DNA of 63,651 bases, filler included, from Lentisphaeria bacterium (GTDB lineage Bacteria > Verrucomicrobiota > Lentisphaeria > JABSQK01 > JAWLHB01): assembly GCA_041690595.1 (NCBI GenBank). It is 7 parts of 7 records of this genome, joined end to end, with 100 filler letters (N's around TTAATTAATTAA, not from the genome) between each part and the next. Parts side by side here need not be neighbours in the genome. Positions count along the whole stretch, not along the records: positions 43,497 to 52,758 come from JAWLHB010000084.1; positions 52,859 to 60,977 come from JAWLHB010000085.1; positions 61,078 to 63,651 come from JAWLHB010000098.1; 4 more parts are not named here. One strand, 5' to 3'. The notes beneath the pieces were generated by a model. That model did no database searches. It was not told where the DNA came from and was given only the letters and a program-made list of their open reading frames with translations. Positions 51,220 to 61,114 of this stretch are shown here, piece by piece. Both the position numbers and the translations under genes were made by a program. The stretch's first letter is position 1, and every line of letters starts with the position of its first letter.

Positions 51220-51864
51220 ATGACCGCCAAAGTTATCAGCATCACGCAGCAGAAGGGCGGCGTCGGCAAGACGACGCTCACGGCGCATCTCGCCGTCCTC
51301 TGGGCAAAACGGGGTCGCACCGTCGCCGCGCTCGACGTCGATCCGCAAGGCAGCCTCACCGATTGGTACGAGGCGCGGACAAGGACCCTCGGGCCGGATG
51401 GGACGCCGGGGCTGACAGTGCGTCCACCTTCCGCCGCGCGGGTTGCGACGGACGTGGACCGGCTTGCCCGCGATCACGATATCGTTCTGGTCGACTGCCC
51501 GCCGCATGCCGCAACGGAGGCGCGCTCTGCCATCCGTCGCGCCTCTCTCGTGATCGTCCCGGTGCAGCCGAGCCCGCTCGACCTGTGGGCAACGCGGCCC
51601 ACGCTGGAGCTCGCGACGAAGGAGGACCGGCCGGTCCTGATGGTCCTCAACAGGGCCTCGCTCCGCACGCATCTGGCGGCGACCATGATCACCCGCCTTG
51701 GTGAGTTCCGGGTTCGGGTCGCCCGGACGGCGCTCGGCAACCGAGTTCTCTTTGCCGAGAGCATGGAGCGCGGCCTGACGGCGCACGAGGTACGGCCCCA
51801 CAGCCTGGCCGCGGAGGAGATGCGTAAGCTTGGAAACGAGATCCTGAGGCGCGTCCCGAGCTGA
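51220..51864 (+). CDS. Orphan ParA-family ATPase
   Basis: KGGVGKTT, DVDPQGS, DCPP, PVQPSPLD. Confidence 0.88.
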   Translation: MTAKVISITQQKGGVGKTTLTAHLAVLWAKRGRTVAALDVDPQGSLTDWYEARTRTLGPDGTPGLTVRPPSAARVATDVDRLARDHDIVLVDCPPHAATEARSAIRRASLVIVPVQPSPLDLWATRPTLELATKEDRPVLMVLNRASLRTHLAATMITRLGEFRVRVARTALGNRVLFAESMERGLTAHEVRPHSLAAEEMRKLGNEILRRVPS

Positions 51865-52070
51865 CGCAAGGGAACGCCGATCCGCCGATTCGAATTACGG
51901 GCGCTCCCCAAGAATCAATTCCCCGCGCCAGCATGGCGGCATCATACACATCGGAGGTGGGCGCCTCGCCCACCATCAATGCCTCTTCCGGATTCTCGTG
52001 GTTGGTCATACAGAACCTCAGACTATGCGACCTACGATCCGGAGTCGCACCGGCAGTTCGACAGCCAGCC

Positions 52071-52758
52071 CTAGCTCCGCCAGTTCAGCCCGGCAGTTTG
52101 GCGCAGACGCTCTGTCGCGAAATCTATGAACGCACGGATTTTCGGTGAGGCCCGGCGCCCCTCGATATGGACCAGATGGATCGGTAGCGGTTCGGGCTCC
52201 CAGTCTTCAAGAATCGTCCGCAGCGTTCCGGCTTCCAGATCGGGGCCGATTTGGTAGGAAAGCGCCTGGCTGATACCCCAGCCACGCCGCGCGATCTCGA
52301 TGGCGGCGGCCACGCTGCTGACGCTGAGCCGCGGATCTACCCTGACCGTCTGTTCGCCACCTGGCCCGAAGCGCCATTGCCGGCCGGAATTGAGTGGCGC
52401 AACCGACAGGACACGGTAGGAAGCCAGCTCGGCCGGATCCTGCGGGTAGCCCCGCTCAGCGAAATAGCCTGGGGCACCGCAGACGACGCGCCGGACCTGC
52501 CCGACCCGGATGGCGGCAAGGCCGGACGAAGGCAGCGAGCCGATGCGCACAGCGATATCGAAGCCTTCCTCGACGATGTTCACGACCCTGTCGATCATCA
52601 GCACGTCAGCGCTCACGCCAGGATGGCGGTCGAGAAACTCCGTCAGGATGGGAGAAACATAGATCCGCCCGAATTCCTGCGGGCATGTGATTCGAAGCTG
52701 CCCTACGGGCGTCTGGGCCGCGCCGGAGGCCGCTTCGTCAGCAGCCTGGAGATTGGCC
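52071..52758 (-). CDS. LysR-family regulator (5' truncated)
   Basis: EEGFDIAVRIG, SPKIRAFIDF; frame open to the contig edge. Confidence 0.88.
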
Positions 52759-52858
52759 NNNNNNNNNNNNNNNNNNNNNNNNNNNNNNNNNNNNNNNNNN
52801 NNTTAATTAATTAANNNNNNNNNNNNNNNNNNNNNNNNNNNNNNNNNNNNNNNNNNNN
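52759..52858. other. Artificial contig spacer
   Basis: N-run + TTAATTAATTAA. Confidence 0.99.
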
Positions 52859-52954
52859 TCCCGTCCACCACTTGCCGGTTCACCACACCCGCAAGCCGTA
52901 GAAACGGTGGCCTCGTCAACCAAACTCTGCAAGTCAATGGGCATACATTGCCGT

Positions 52955-53707
52955 CACTTTGAGAGGGCCTGTCGAGGCTGAGGCCGGTGGGATTGCGAAT
53001 ACGTGGGGGATGGCGAAGGACCAGTCGCCGTTCGGAGAACGCCTCCCACTTTGAGAGGGCCTGTCGAGGCTGAGGCCGGTGGGATTGCGAATACGTGGGG
53101 GATGGCGATGGACCNNNNNNNNNNNNNNNNNNNNNNNNNNNNNNNNNNNNNNNNNNNNNNNNNNNNNNNNNNNNNNNNNNNNNNNNNNNNNNNNNNNNNN
53201 NNNNNNNNNNNNNNAGTCGCCGTTCGGAGAACGCCTCCCACTTTGAGGGGGCCTGTCGAGGCTGAGGCCGGTGGGATTGCGAAGACGTGGGGGATGGCGA
53301 TGGACCAGTCGCCGTTCGGAGAACGCCTCCCATATCGGGGGCATGGTGAGGCTGAGGCCGGTGGGATTGCGACTACGTGGGGGATGGCGATGGACCAGTC
53401 GCCATTCGGAGAACGCCTCCCATATCGGGGGCATGGTGAGGCTGAGGCCGGTGGGATTGCGAAGACGTGGGGGATGGCGATGGACCAGTCGCCGTTCGGA
53501 GAACGCCTCCCACTTTGAGGGGGCCTGTCGAGGCTGAGGCCGGTGGGATTGCGAAGACGTGGGGGATGGCGATGGACCAGTCGCCATTCGGAGAACGCCT
53601 CCCATATCGGGGGCATGGTGAGGCTGAGGCCGGTGGGATTGCGAATACGTGGGGGATGGCGATGGACCAGTCGCCGTTCGGAGAGCGGCTCCCCACTTTG
53701 AGGGGGC
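52955..53707. repeat. Tandem array of 90/92-bp REP-like units (at least 7; scaffold gap 53115-53214)
   Basis: About 73-bp core GAGGCTGAGGCCGGTGGGATTGCG...TCGCCRTTCGGAGAACGCCTCCCA with two recurring linker variants. Confidence 0.92.
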
Positions 53708-53810
53708 GGCCACATTTCTTCTGAAGAAGCTTTTGCCACTTATCCTCCTGACCACTATCTTCATGGTCATCATTTGTCGGGGTGAACATGCTACCTGGGG
53801 AGATCCGTTG

Positions 53811-55118
53811 ATGTACGATATATGCCCACCAGCCGTCTATGCGCATGAAAGCGTCATGGCTCACGCCCGCTACCGGGAACGGGTCGAGCGCGTTGTCGCC
53901 GCTCTGCGCGAACCTCGCGACATCATCACGTATACCGATGACGATCTCGCCGACATGGTTCATCAGCATGGCCTCCTGGCGAATCGACGGCCGATGGGCA
54001 CGATCGCCGATGTCCAGGATCCGATCCTGCTCTTCAACACCTTCCGCTTCGAGTCCGCCGAGGACGAAGCGGCGCGCCGTCAGCGCCTGACCAATGCGGG
54101 ACTCGACCACTACACGAATGGCATGCTTGGCACCGGCGCCTTTGTCTGGTTCGACTCGAATCTCGAGACGGACAAGCACCGCCACGACAAAGTCTGCCGC
54201 CCCTGCTGGCGCATTCACCTGCAGGAAGGCTGCCTCCACAAGTGCAGCTATTGCGGTTTCGGGGGACTTCTCGCCGTCATGGTCAATGTGGATGAATACT
54301 GCACGCATCTGGGCAGCATCATCGAGCGCCACCCCTGGCAGACAACCTATCTCCTTGACGACGATGCCGATCCGCCCGGCCTCGAACCTGAACTGGGCAC
54401 CCTCCCTGAGCTGATCGAGTACTTCGGCACCCTCGAGGATCGCTACCTCATCGTCCACACCAAGAGCTATAACACCGACTGGCTGCGCGGCCTGCGGCAC
54501 AATGGCAAGACCATCTTTGTCTGGAGCATCTCCGGCCCAACGCAAAGCCGCATCATCGAGCCCGGCACCGGCACCACCGAAGCGCGCATTGCCGCCGCCC
54601 GCGTCGCCCAGGAAGCCGGCTATCCCATCCGTTACAAGTTCAAACCCATCATCCCCGTCAAGGGCTGGCGCGAGGATGCCGCACAGACCATTGAGTTGCT
54701 CTTCCGCGAGACGAATCCGGATGTCATCAGCCTCTGCGTCTACATGTGGAACGACTTCGACCAGATGGCGGAACGGCTCCCGCTCGACCTCCTCGAGCCC
54801 GCCTTTGTCGATGCCGCCGCCACGCGTCAGGTCACCCTCGCCGAAACGCGAACCGCCCCCTTCCCACCCGCTGTTCGGCAGGAGATCTACGAACACCATC
54901 TCCGCGAGATCCGCCGCCACAACGCTACCATCCCCGTCTCTCTTTCGACCGAGAGCTTTGCCATGTGGGGCGAGATGAAGGGGCAGCTTGGTTGCACCGC
55001 CACCAATTACGTCTGCGGCTGCGGCCCCCAAAGCAATCCCAACTGTACCACCCTCGCCTGCCATCCCTTCCAGGTCGCCACCCGAAACGACGCCAACACC
55101 ATTCCCGGCGTCACCTGA
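53811..55118 (+). CDS. Radical SAM protein, spore photoproduct lyase-like
   Basis: CLHKCSYC; HTKS, WSIS, AGYPIRYKFKPIIP; GGGGAG RBS. Confidence 0.7.
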   Translation: MYDICPPAVYAHESVMAHARYRERVERVVAALREPRDIITYTDDDLADMVHQHGLLANRRPMGTIADVQDPILLFNTFRFESAEDEAARRQRLTNAGLDHYTNGMLGTGAFVWFDSNLETDKHRHDKVCRPCWRIHLQEGCLHKCSYCGFGGLLAVMVNVDEYCTHLGSIIERHPWQTTYLLDDDADPPGLEPELGTLPELIEYFGTLEDRYLIVHTKSYNTDWLRGLRHNGKTIFVWSISGPTQSRIIEPGTGTTEARIAAARVAQEAGYPIRYKFKPIIPVKGWREDAAQTIELLFRETNPDVISLCVYMWNDFDQMAERLPLDLLEPAFVDAAATRQVTLAETRTAPFPPAVRQEIYEHHLREIRRHNATIPVSLSTESFAMWGEMKGQLGCTATNYVCGCGPQSNPNCTTLACHPFQVATRNDANTIPGVT

Positions 55119-55139
55119 TCCCCCAACTTGCAAGCGCGT

Positions 55140-55175
55140 CCTCATGCCCGCGGCCCATGTGCCACGGGCATGAGG
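55140..55175. terminator. Hairpin between convergent genes
   Basis: CCTCATGCCCG/CGGGCATGAGG stem. Confidence 0.5.
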
Positions 55176-55182
55176 CGACGAC

Positions 55183-55731
55183 CTAGTGGGGATTGGCGAT
55201 GCCGATGACACCGCAGGCGAGACGATCGCCGGCGTTGCCGGTGGGCTGGCCCCCATCGTCGGGCTTGGCGTGAACGATGACAGCACGGCCAAGCACCGGG
55301 TTGCGGTTGCCCGAGATGGTGATGTTCGAGACGGTGATCTCGAAGTTGGCCTGACCCTTGGCATCGGTCGCGACATTACCAAGGTCGCCGGCATGGCGCG
55401 GCCGATCATCGGGCATGGCGTGAGGATGCCCTTCGGGATTGTAGTGACCTCCGGCGCTGGTAGCATCGGGTGCGCTGCAATCGCCGTACTCGTGGATGTG
55501 GAAGCCATGCCGCGCATTGGGCTGCAAGCCGCGGAGCTGCGCGGTGATGCGCACCTGATTGCCGGACTGCACGAAATGCACGACGCCGCTCGCCGTTCCT
55601 TTGGAGGTCGGGTGCAGAACGGCGACGGCACGGTTGATGCCGGCCTGCGTCGCGGCTTCCTTCTCCTCATTCATCGTCTTGCAACCAGTGAGCAGAATGG
55701 TCAAGGTCAGGGCCATGGCGAGGTACTTCAT
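55183..55731 (-). CDS. sodC: Cu/Zn superoxide dismutase, lipoprotein
   Basis: LTGC lipobox; HGFHIH, GGHYNP, HAGDLGN, GNAGDRLACG. Confidence 0.95.
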   Translation of the reverse strand: MKYLAMALTLTILLTGCKTMNEEKEAATQAGINRAVAVLHPTSKGTASGVVHFVQSGNQVRITAQLRGLQPNARHGFHIHEYGDCSAPDATSAGGHYNPEGHPHAMPDDRPRHAGDLGNVATDAKGQANFEITVSNITISGNRNPVLGRAVIVHAKPDDGGQPTGNAGDRLACGVIGIANPH

Positions 55732-55909
55732 GATCGTATCACTCCTTCTTGCGGATCTTCGTGAAGCTGGGGGGGCGGGGGTATCTATTACGTTACCGGA
55801 AGGCAGGTTGCGGAAGCAAGCCGTCAAGAAGGAGCGGAAGCGAGGGACGCAGGCAGCAAGGAGAACTCGACTGAACTCGGGTGGACTATCCTCCAGCGGC
55901 CCCGCCCGA

Positions 55910-56581
55910 CTACTCAAGTTCTATCTCTATCGGAACCGTCTCCAGATTGCCAAAGCCTTTCTCGATCAAAAGCTCATAGGCAGGGAGGAGGATGCATGGA
56001 TAGTAACAACCGTACAGGTGAAAAATGCTTGTACCATCCCAGCTGGATCGGTCCAACGACAGCTTGCCGCCCTCAGCGATTATCGCATCGAGGGCATCCA
56101 ACAACGTGCCATCACCGAGTTGGCAGCAACCACAGCTTTCACAATAGTTTGGTCGGCTTCCGTTGATGCTGTTGACCAGCGTGCATCGTCCCGTAACAAG
56201 GGCGTACTTCAGGGACGGATGCGAGGCGAAAACCAGCCTACTGCCAACATGCACTGTGCTGGTGCGTGCCCGTTGGGAGACAGGCACATCGTCAAAATAA
56301 ACAGGCATGGCGAATGAGCCAGTCAAGATTGGGCCCAGAACCTGCCAATCCTCCTCCAGAAAGGTCAGATCAAATGAATCATCGCCATAGATAAAGCCCA
56401 ACTTTTCTGATACGGACCAATACTTGCTGTCGTTGGCAATGATCTTGAGGGGTGTGTCGAAAAGAAATGAACCGCAAGCAGAACAGAAAATTGGGTCATG
56501 GGTCAAATCGGGACTATATCGAGTAAAAACATCATGCCCCGAACGTCGTCGATCCACCCCTTGTATCAGCACGGCCTTCAT
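55910..56581 (-). CDS. Hypothetical protein, possible toxin immunity protein (Imm11/DUF1629-like) with two CxxCG
   Basis: CSACG, CESCG, DRSSWDGTSIF; AT-richer than flanks. Confidence 0.5.
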   Translation of the reverse strand: MKAVLIQGVDRRRSGHDVFTRYSPDLTHDPIFCSACGSFLFDTPLKIIANDSKYWSVSEKLGFIYGDDSFDLTFLEEDWQVLGPILTGSFAMPVYFDDVPVSQRARTSTVHVGSRLVFASHPSLKYALVTGRCTLVNSINGSRPNYCESCGCCQLGDGTLLDALDAIIAEGGKLSLDRSSWDGTSIFHLYGCYYPCILLPAYELLIEKGFGNLETVPIEIELE

Positions 56582-56618
56582 ATGAGCGTCATCCCATGGT
56601 AGATTTTAGAAGATTATC

Positions 56619-57251
56619 TCAACACACGTCGCGAAATCGCTTGATGGCCTGGCCATCCGGTAGCAGCATATTCTTGCGGGTCAGTTGGCTAAGCGTCCCC
56701 ATGTGCAGGTCGATTCCTTCGGCCACGGCATTCCTCGCATCATAGTCGCCACCGGCAATGAGGGGCAGCTCAAAACCGATATGCCGGCCCTTGCGCAGAA
56801 AGGGCCCAAGAGAAGCAAGTGCCCTGAACATTGGCCAATCGAACCCAAACCTGTCGTCGCAACTCAGCCACCCAGCCAGCAGTTCATCAAGGGTGGAGAT
56901 GCCGAGAAACCGGATCTCGCCACCCTCGCACATGAATTTGAAGATCCCCCGCGAATTGTCCCCGCAGGTGCGATAGCCATATTGGTTGCCAAAGGCATCC
57001 TGCGCAGCGAAGAGCAATCCATGAGTCAGATTACCGTAATCCTTCTTCCACTCCGAAGCGTTGGCGTCGATCAGCTCCGCGACACCATACACCTGGAGAG
57101 AGTCGTCGCCAGTCATCATCCCATTGGTCTTGCGGAGGAAGCGCACATAGTCTGGAGGGAGCTTACTCAATGCATCAGAATCCTCGGGGGAGCCGAAACT
57201 CAGCAATGCGCCCATGTCTCGATGCCGAAAGATAGCCTCTTGCAGGTCCAC
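56619..57251 (-). CDS. SMI1/KNR4 (SUKH) family immunity protein
   Basis: LPPDYVRFLRKTNG, AQDAFGNQY, PLIAGG. Confidence 0.7.
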   Translation of the reverse strand: MDLQEAIFRHRDMGALLSFGSPEDSDALSKLPPDYVRFLRKTNGMMTGDDSLQVYGVAELIDANASEWKKDYGNLTHGLLFAAQDAFGNQYGYRTCGDNSRGIFKFMCEGGEIRFLGISTLDELLAGWLSCDDRFGFDWPMFRALASLGPFLRKGRHIGFELPLIAGGDYDARNAVAEGIDLHMGTLSQLTRKNMLLPDGQAIKRFRDVC

Positions 57252-57334
57252 GATCCGTTCTCCTCAGCGATAGAGATGAATGTATCACCATAGGGGGGAA
57301 TATCTTGCCTCCGAATCAGGGAGTGACTGATTTT

Positions 57335-58146
57335 ACCACGAAGTGCGCTAAGGGCCTGGCGCGACCGCAGGCCGCAACCAATTGTAATCTCGGTATCGGA
57401 GGGAGAAAGATCATAAACTTCAACGTCTGACGCTAATAAGATAACCACGAAGCATAGGAAGAGCTTAGCGCGGCCGTCGGCTGCAACCAAAGGTTTTCCG
57501 TCGCGGGTGACAGTTCACATGCTTTAACATCTGACGCGATGAATATTACCACGAAGGACACGAAGAACACGAAGATTGCGAAAAGTAACTTAAGCTTATT
57601 GTTATGACGTTTCTAATGACTTAACGTAATGTTCTATAGTCTATCAACCCGTCCTTTGTGCTATTCGTGCACTTCGTGGTTTATCCGTTCGCTTCGGATC
57701 CCCTTCTGGGTGACCGCATTTTCTGATCCTTCTCCACGAAGCACGCGGAAAGGTGGACCATAAAGGAGATGAAGATTGGGGACGGGGTGGAGGCAGGAAC
57801 ACGGGGACTGGCATGAACCACGGAGGCACGGAGATGGGGCGTGGAGGCCGGCAGCTTATGAAGAGCTCGGCGGTTTAACCGCAGAGAGCGCAACGATAGG
57901 TATTCTGGCGCATGAGGTTCACCACGAAGAGCTCGAAGGGACACGAAGAAGGAGCTCAAAGGATTAACCACAAAGAACGCAGAGAGCGCAAAGGTTCGCC
58001 GCTCGGGGAGGCGGGGGGCGGAGATGTGGAGCATGAAGGAGATGAAGAACATGAAGATTGAGGGCGGTGTAGAGGCAGGAACATGAGTATGAACCACGGA
58101 GGCACGGAGGCACGGAGATGGGGCAGTGGACGCAGTGGACGCGGAG
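57335..58146. repeat. Cluster of short 8-9-bp periodic repeat elements (ACCACGAAG type)
   Basis: About 11 doublets/triplets, e.g. ACCACGAAG-GACACGAAG-AACACGAAG at 57548 and an inverted copy at 57654-57680. Confidence 0.8.
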
Positions 58147-58274
58147 GGAATACGGATGCTTGCAAAGACTTTTTTGCGCAATCAGGATGATTGCGGCCAC
58201 CTCGGCAAGCTGGGATGATTGACGTGGGGAGGTATGAAGGAATGTCTGCCACGCTTTACGCGGCGGCGATTCGA

Positions 58275-60368
58275 TCAGTTGGTGGGGGAGAGGTCGGCGG
58301 CTATGATGACGAGTTGGTTGCGGAAATCGCGGGTGGCCTCTGCTTCGAGGACGGTCATGGGGACAGTTGGGCTGATCGTGGGATCTTTGCGGACCCAGTG
58401 CTGTTCGGCAACGCGCAGGGGCGGGCCGCTGAGGAGGTTCAGGGCTAGCATCGCCATGGCGAGGAGCGGGACGATAGTTCGTGCGGTAGAACCATAGTAT
58501 AATCTGTGCTCTGTTGACGTGCAGAATCGGGTGACGATGACCCCGCCTGTCAGGAGGATAATCAGGGCTGTGCCGAAGGCGAGCAGCGGCAGGCCTATGT
58601 AGCCTGGTGCGTCGGGGGGCCATGGGAAGAAACCGGCCATGATGAGGAGGATGCCCAGAGTCAGGGCGGCCAGGCGCCAGCCCCGCCGGAGCGATTCAGG
58701 CGTCGGGATGTCGAGTTGGGCACAGCGGCGCCGCGTCCAGCTCGTGCTGTAATGGGCAAGGAGGATGCCAATCCACCACAAGAGGCAGGCCACCTGAGCG
58801 AGCAACTGGGGCCAACCGATGGCAATCGACCAGCGCCGAACGTCCGTTGGCAGCAGGCGGGTAAGAAGGGCATACAGTAGGACCGGCAGGACCAGGGCCA
58901 GCAGCAGAATGCGGACGAAGTCGCGTGGTTTGGGGAGCAGGAGGATGGGGACGCTGCTGCCGCCGCGGGCCCATCGCCACCGCAACGCAATGGCGACGGC
59001 CAAGATGATGGCAGCCAGAAGGATGCCATTCGCGGCCATCATGAAGAGGCGTTCGAGCAGAATGTACTCGGTTCGCCGTAGCGGGCGTAGCTCGGCTTCG
59101 GTGGGGGATCGGTCGAGAGCTGGTATGAGGACGCGGTGCAGAAGCCCGGCGTGTTTCGCCATGCGGCCCCCGTCAGTTTGCTGTTTCTCTTTTCGCTGCT
59201 GACGCAGCGTCTGGATCCGGTCAGCCACGTGAGCAGCCTTCTCGGCTCTGTCGCTGAAGCCATGCTGCCGCCAGAGTTCGGCGGAAGCTGTGGCGCCGTA
59301 CTTGCCGATCCCCATCGCGCCAAGGGCGTCGATGTAGACGGCGATATCGGCAGAGAGGTGGCGGAGCATGGGCTGCCAACCATCGGCAAAGGCGAGAGCC
59401 TCTTCGACCTGCCCATTCTTGAGCATCAGATCGGCGTGTTGGATGGTGGCATGGGCGAGATCTCTCATGATTGCAAGGTCCGGAAGCATAAGTGCGCTAC
59501 CGCGGGCAATGGAAGCTGTTTTCGCGGCGAAGGTGGTTGGCCGTTCGACCAGCGCCTCCCGTTCGCGGTACATCGGCAAGATATAGCGTTCATAGCGTGG
59601 CATAGCCTGCGCCCGACGGAGGGTTGCCATGGCAGCGTCGTAAAGCTTCTGATCGTGGATCTCGATGGCATAGTCGAGGGCGGATGCCTGCTTTCGCGGA
59701 TACGTGACGGTACGACTCTGCTTCAGCAGTTCCGCGGCCTGCAGATAGGCGTAGCGGGCGTTATCGGGATCGATCTCTTCCGCTTGACGCAAAATGGCGA
59801 GGTAAGCGTGGCGGGCTTCAGCGGGGGTCTGGGCCAACTCCCGATGGTTGCTGATCAGGTGCGTGATGTAGTTACCAAGATAGACACGGTTGTCCGGTTC
59901 GCTCTGCCAGAGGGAACGGGGTTCGCCCACGAGCACCAGCTTGTCGTCCTCGCTCAGTCGAGCGAGTTCTCGTCGGCTGAGTTTTGGCCAGTCGTAGAGC
60001 AAGCCGTAGATCTTGTCGTGGTCTGAGAAACCGGTCGCGAAGGTCACGAGCGCATCCTCGGGCAAGGCAAAGAGGAGGGCCGCGACCACCGCGAGCGGCA
60101 CCAGTATTGCTTGAAGCAGCAGTCGGGCGCGGGCGCGCCAGCGCATGCGGCGGCGGTTACCCTCCTGCAGTGGGCCAGCGAGATCCGCGAGGGCTCCCAG
60201 GCGCTTCTGCGCTTCTGCTTCGGCTGCCTGGTGGTGCATGCCTCGGGCCAGCAACTCGCTCACCGTATCCTCAAGGTGACTGGTCAGTTCGGCGCGCACG
60301 TCGAGCTGGAGTTCAGGATCGTCGCGGAGGCCAGCGGTAGCCTCGTTCAGGTAGTGTTCGCGCTCCAT
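58275..60368 (-). CDS. Membrane protein with N-terminal permease-prefix domain
   Basis: VRAELTSHLED...AEAEAQKRLG; large soluble region then several TMs; downstream of PadR. Confidence 0.75.
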   Translation of the reverse strand: MEREHYLNEATAGLRDDPELQLDVRAELTSHLEDTVSELLARGMHHQAAEAEAQKRLGALADLAGPLQEGNRRRMRWRARARLLLQAILVPLAVVAALLFALPEDALVTFATGFSDHDKIYGLLYDWPKLSRRELARLSEDDKLVLVGEPRSLWQSEPDNRVYLGNYITHLISNHRELAQTPAEARHAYLAILRQAEEIDPDNARYAYLQAAELLKQSRTVTYPRKQASALDYAIEIHDQKLYDAAMATLRRAQAMPRYERYILPMYREREALVERPTTFAAKTASIARGSALMLPDLAIMRDLAHATIQHADLMLKNGQVEEALAFADGWQPMLRHLSADIAVYIDALGAMGIGKYGATASAELWRQHGFSDRAEKAAHVADRIQTLRQQRKEKQQTDGGRMAKHAGLLHRVLIPALDRSPTEAELRPLRRTEYILLERLFMMAANGILLAAIILAVAIALRWRWARGGSSVPILLLPKPRDFVRILLLALVLPVLLYALLTRLLPTDVRRWSIAIGWPQLLAQVACLLWWIGILLAHYSTSWTRRRCAQLDIPTPESLRRGWRLAALTLGILLIMAGFFPWPPDAPGYIGLPLLAFGTALIILLTGGVIVTRFCTSTEHRLYYGSTARTIVPLLAMAMLALNLLSGPPLRVAEQHWVRKDPTISPTVPMTVLEAEATRDFRNQLVIIAADLSPTN

Positions 60369-60378
60369 GATGTTCTCC

Positions 60379-60717
60379 TCAGGCCGACGCCGGACCCGCC
60401 AGCAGCAGGTTGACCGACTCGCTGAAGGTGCGCCACTCCTGTGTACGTTGGGCGAGCTGGCGCTGGCCCTGTCGTGTCAGGTGATAGACCTTGCGGCGGC
60501 GGCCGTCGACGGGTGCCTGCCATTCGCTGGTGATAAGGCCGTCCGCTTCGAGGCGGTGCAGCCAGGGATAGATGGTGCCCTCTTTCCATTCGAGTGCGCC
60601 GCTGGTGCGTGCGTTGACGAGTTTGATCATCTCGTAGCCATGCATCGCCCGCTCGTTCAGGAGACTGAGGAGTATGGGCTCGATGCTTCCTCTGAGAAGT
60701 TCACTTGGAATGGCCAT
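60379..60717 (-). CDS. PadR-family transcriptional regulator
   Basis: HGYEM, EGTIYPWLHRLE, RRRKVYHLT. Confidence 0.93.
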   Translation of the reverse strand: MAIPSELLRGSIEPILLSLLNERAMHGYEMIKLVNARTSGALEWKEGTIYPWLHRLEADGLITSEWQAPVDGRRRKVYHLTRQGQRQLAQRTQEWRTFSESVNLLLAGPASA

Positions 60718-60742
60718 GGCAGGTCTCTTGGTCTGATGTTGG

Positions 60743-60786
60743 TACCTCGGGTGGCTATGTATCATTGTATATCGGGTTTCGATGCA
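60743..60786. promoter_or_regulatory. Two candidate PadR operator palindromes
   Basis: TACCTCG-N5-CTATGTA (60743-60761) and TATATCG-N5-CGATGCA (60768-60786) just upstream of padR. Confidence 0.45.
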
Positions 60787-60879
60787 TTGCAAGACGAGGT
60801 AAGTTTTTTTTTGAGGGGGGGATATTGGGTTGCGCGCAGCATAAGGCGAGGTATGAAGGCAGAGAGGAATGTGGAGGAA

Positions 60880-60977
60880 GTAGACGCAGTGGACGCAGTG
60901 GACGCAGTGGACGCAGTGGACGCAGTGGACGCAGTGGACGCAGTGGACGCAGTGGACGCAGTGGACGCAGTGGACGC
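60880..60977. repeat. 9-bp tandem repeat (GTGGACGCA)n
   Basis: About 11 copies running into the contig end. Confidence 0.95.
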
Positions 60978-61077
60978 NNNNNNNNNNNNNNNNNNNNNNN
61001 NNNNNNNNNNNNNNNNNNNNNTTAATTAATTAANNNNNNNNNNNNNNNNNNNNNNNNNNNNNNNNNNNNNNNNNNNN
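60978..61077. other. Artificial contig spacer
   Basis: N-run + TTAATTAATTAA. Confidence 0.99.
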
Positions 61078-61114
61078 CGTTAGGCACAGAAACAGATGCA
61101 ACGGAGGTTCACTG

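Noticed and set aside
51220..51864. Plasmid partition locus
   Set aside because: No parB, rep or iterons nearby
52955..53707. CRISPR array
   Set aside because: The constant part is about 73 bp and the linkers are two recurring 15-17-bp variants, not unique spacers; no cas genes
60793..60977. VDA- or RSG-repeat protein
   Set aside because: Translation of a perfect 9-bp DNA repeat at a contig end
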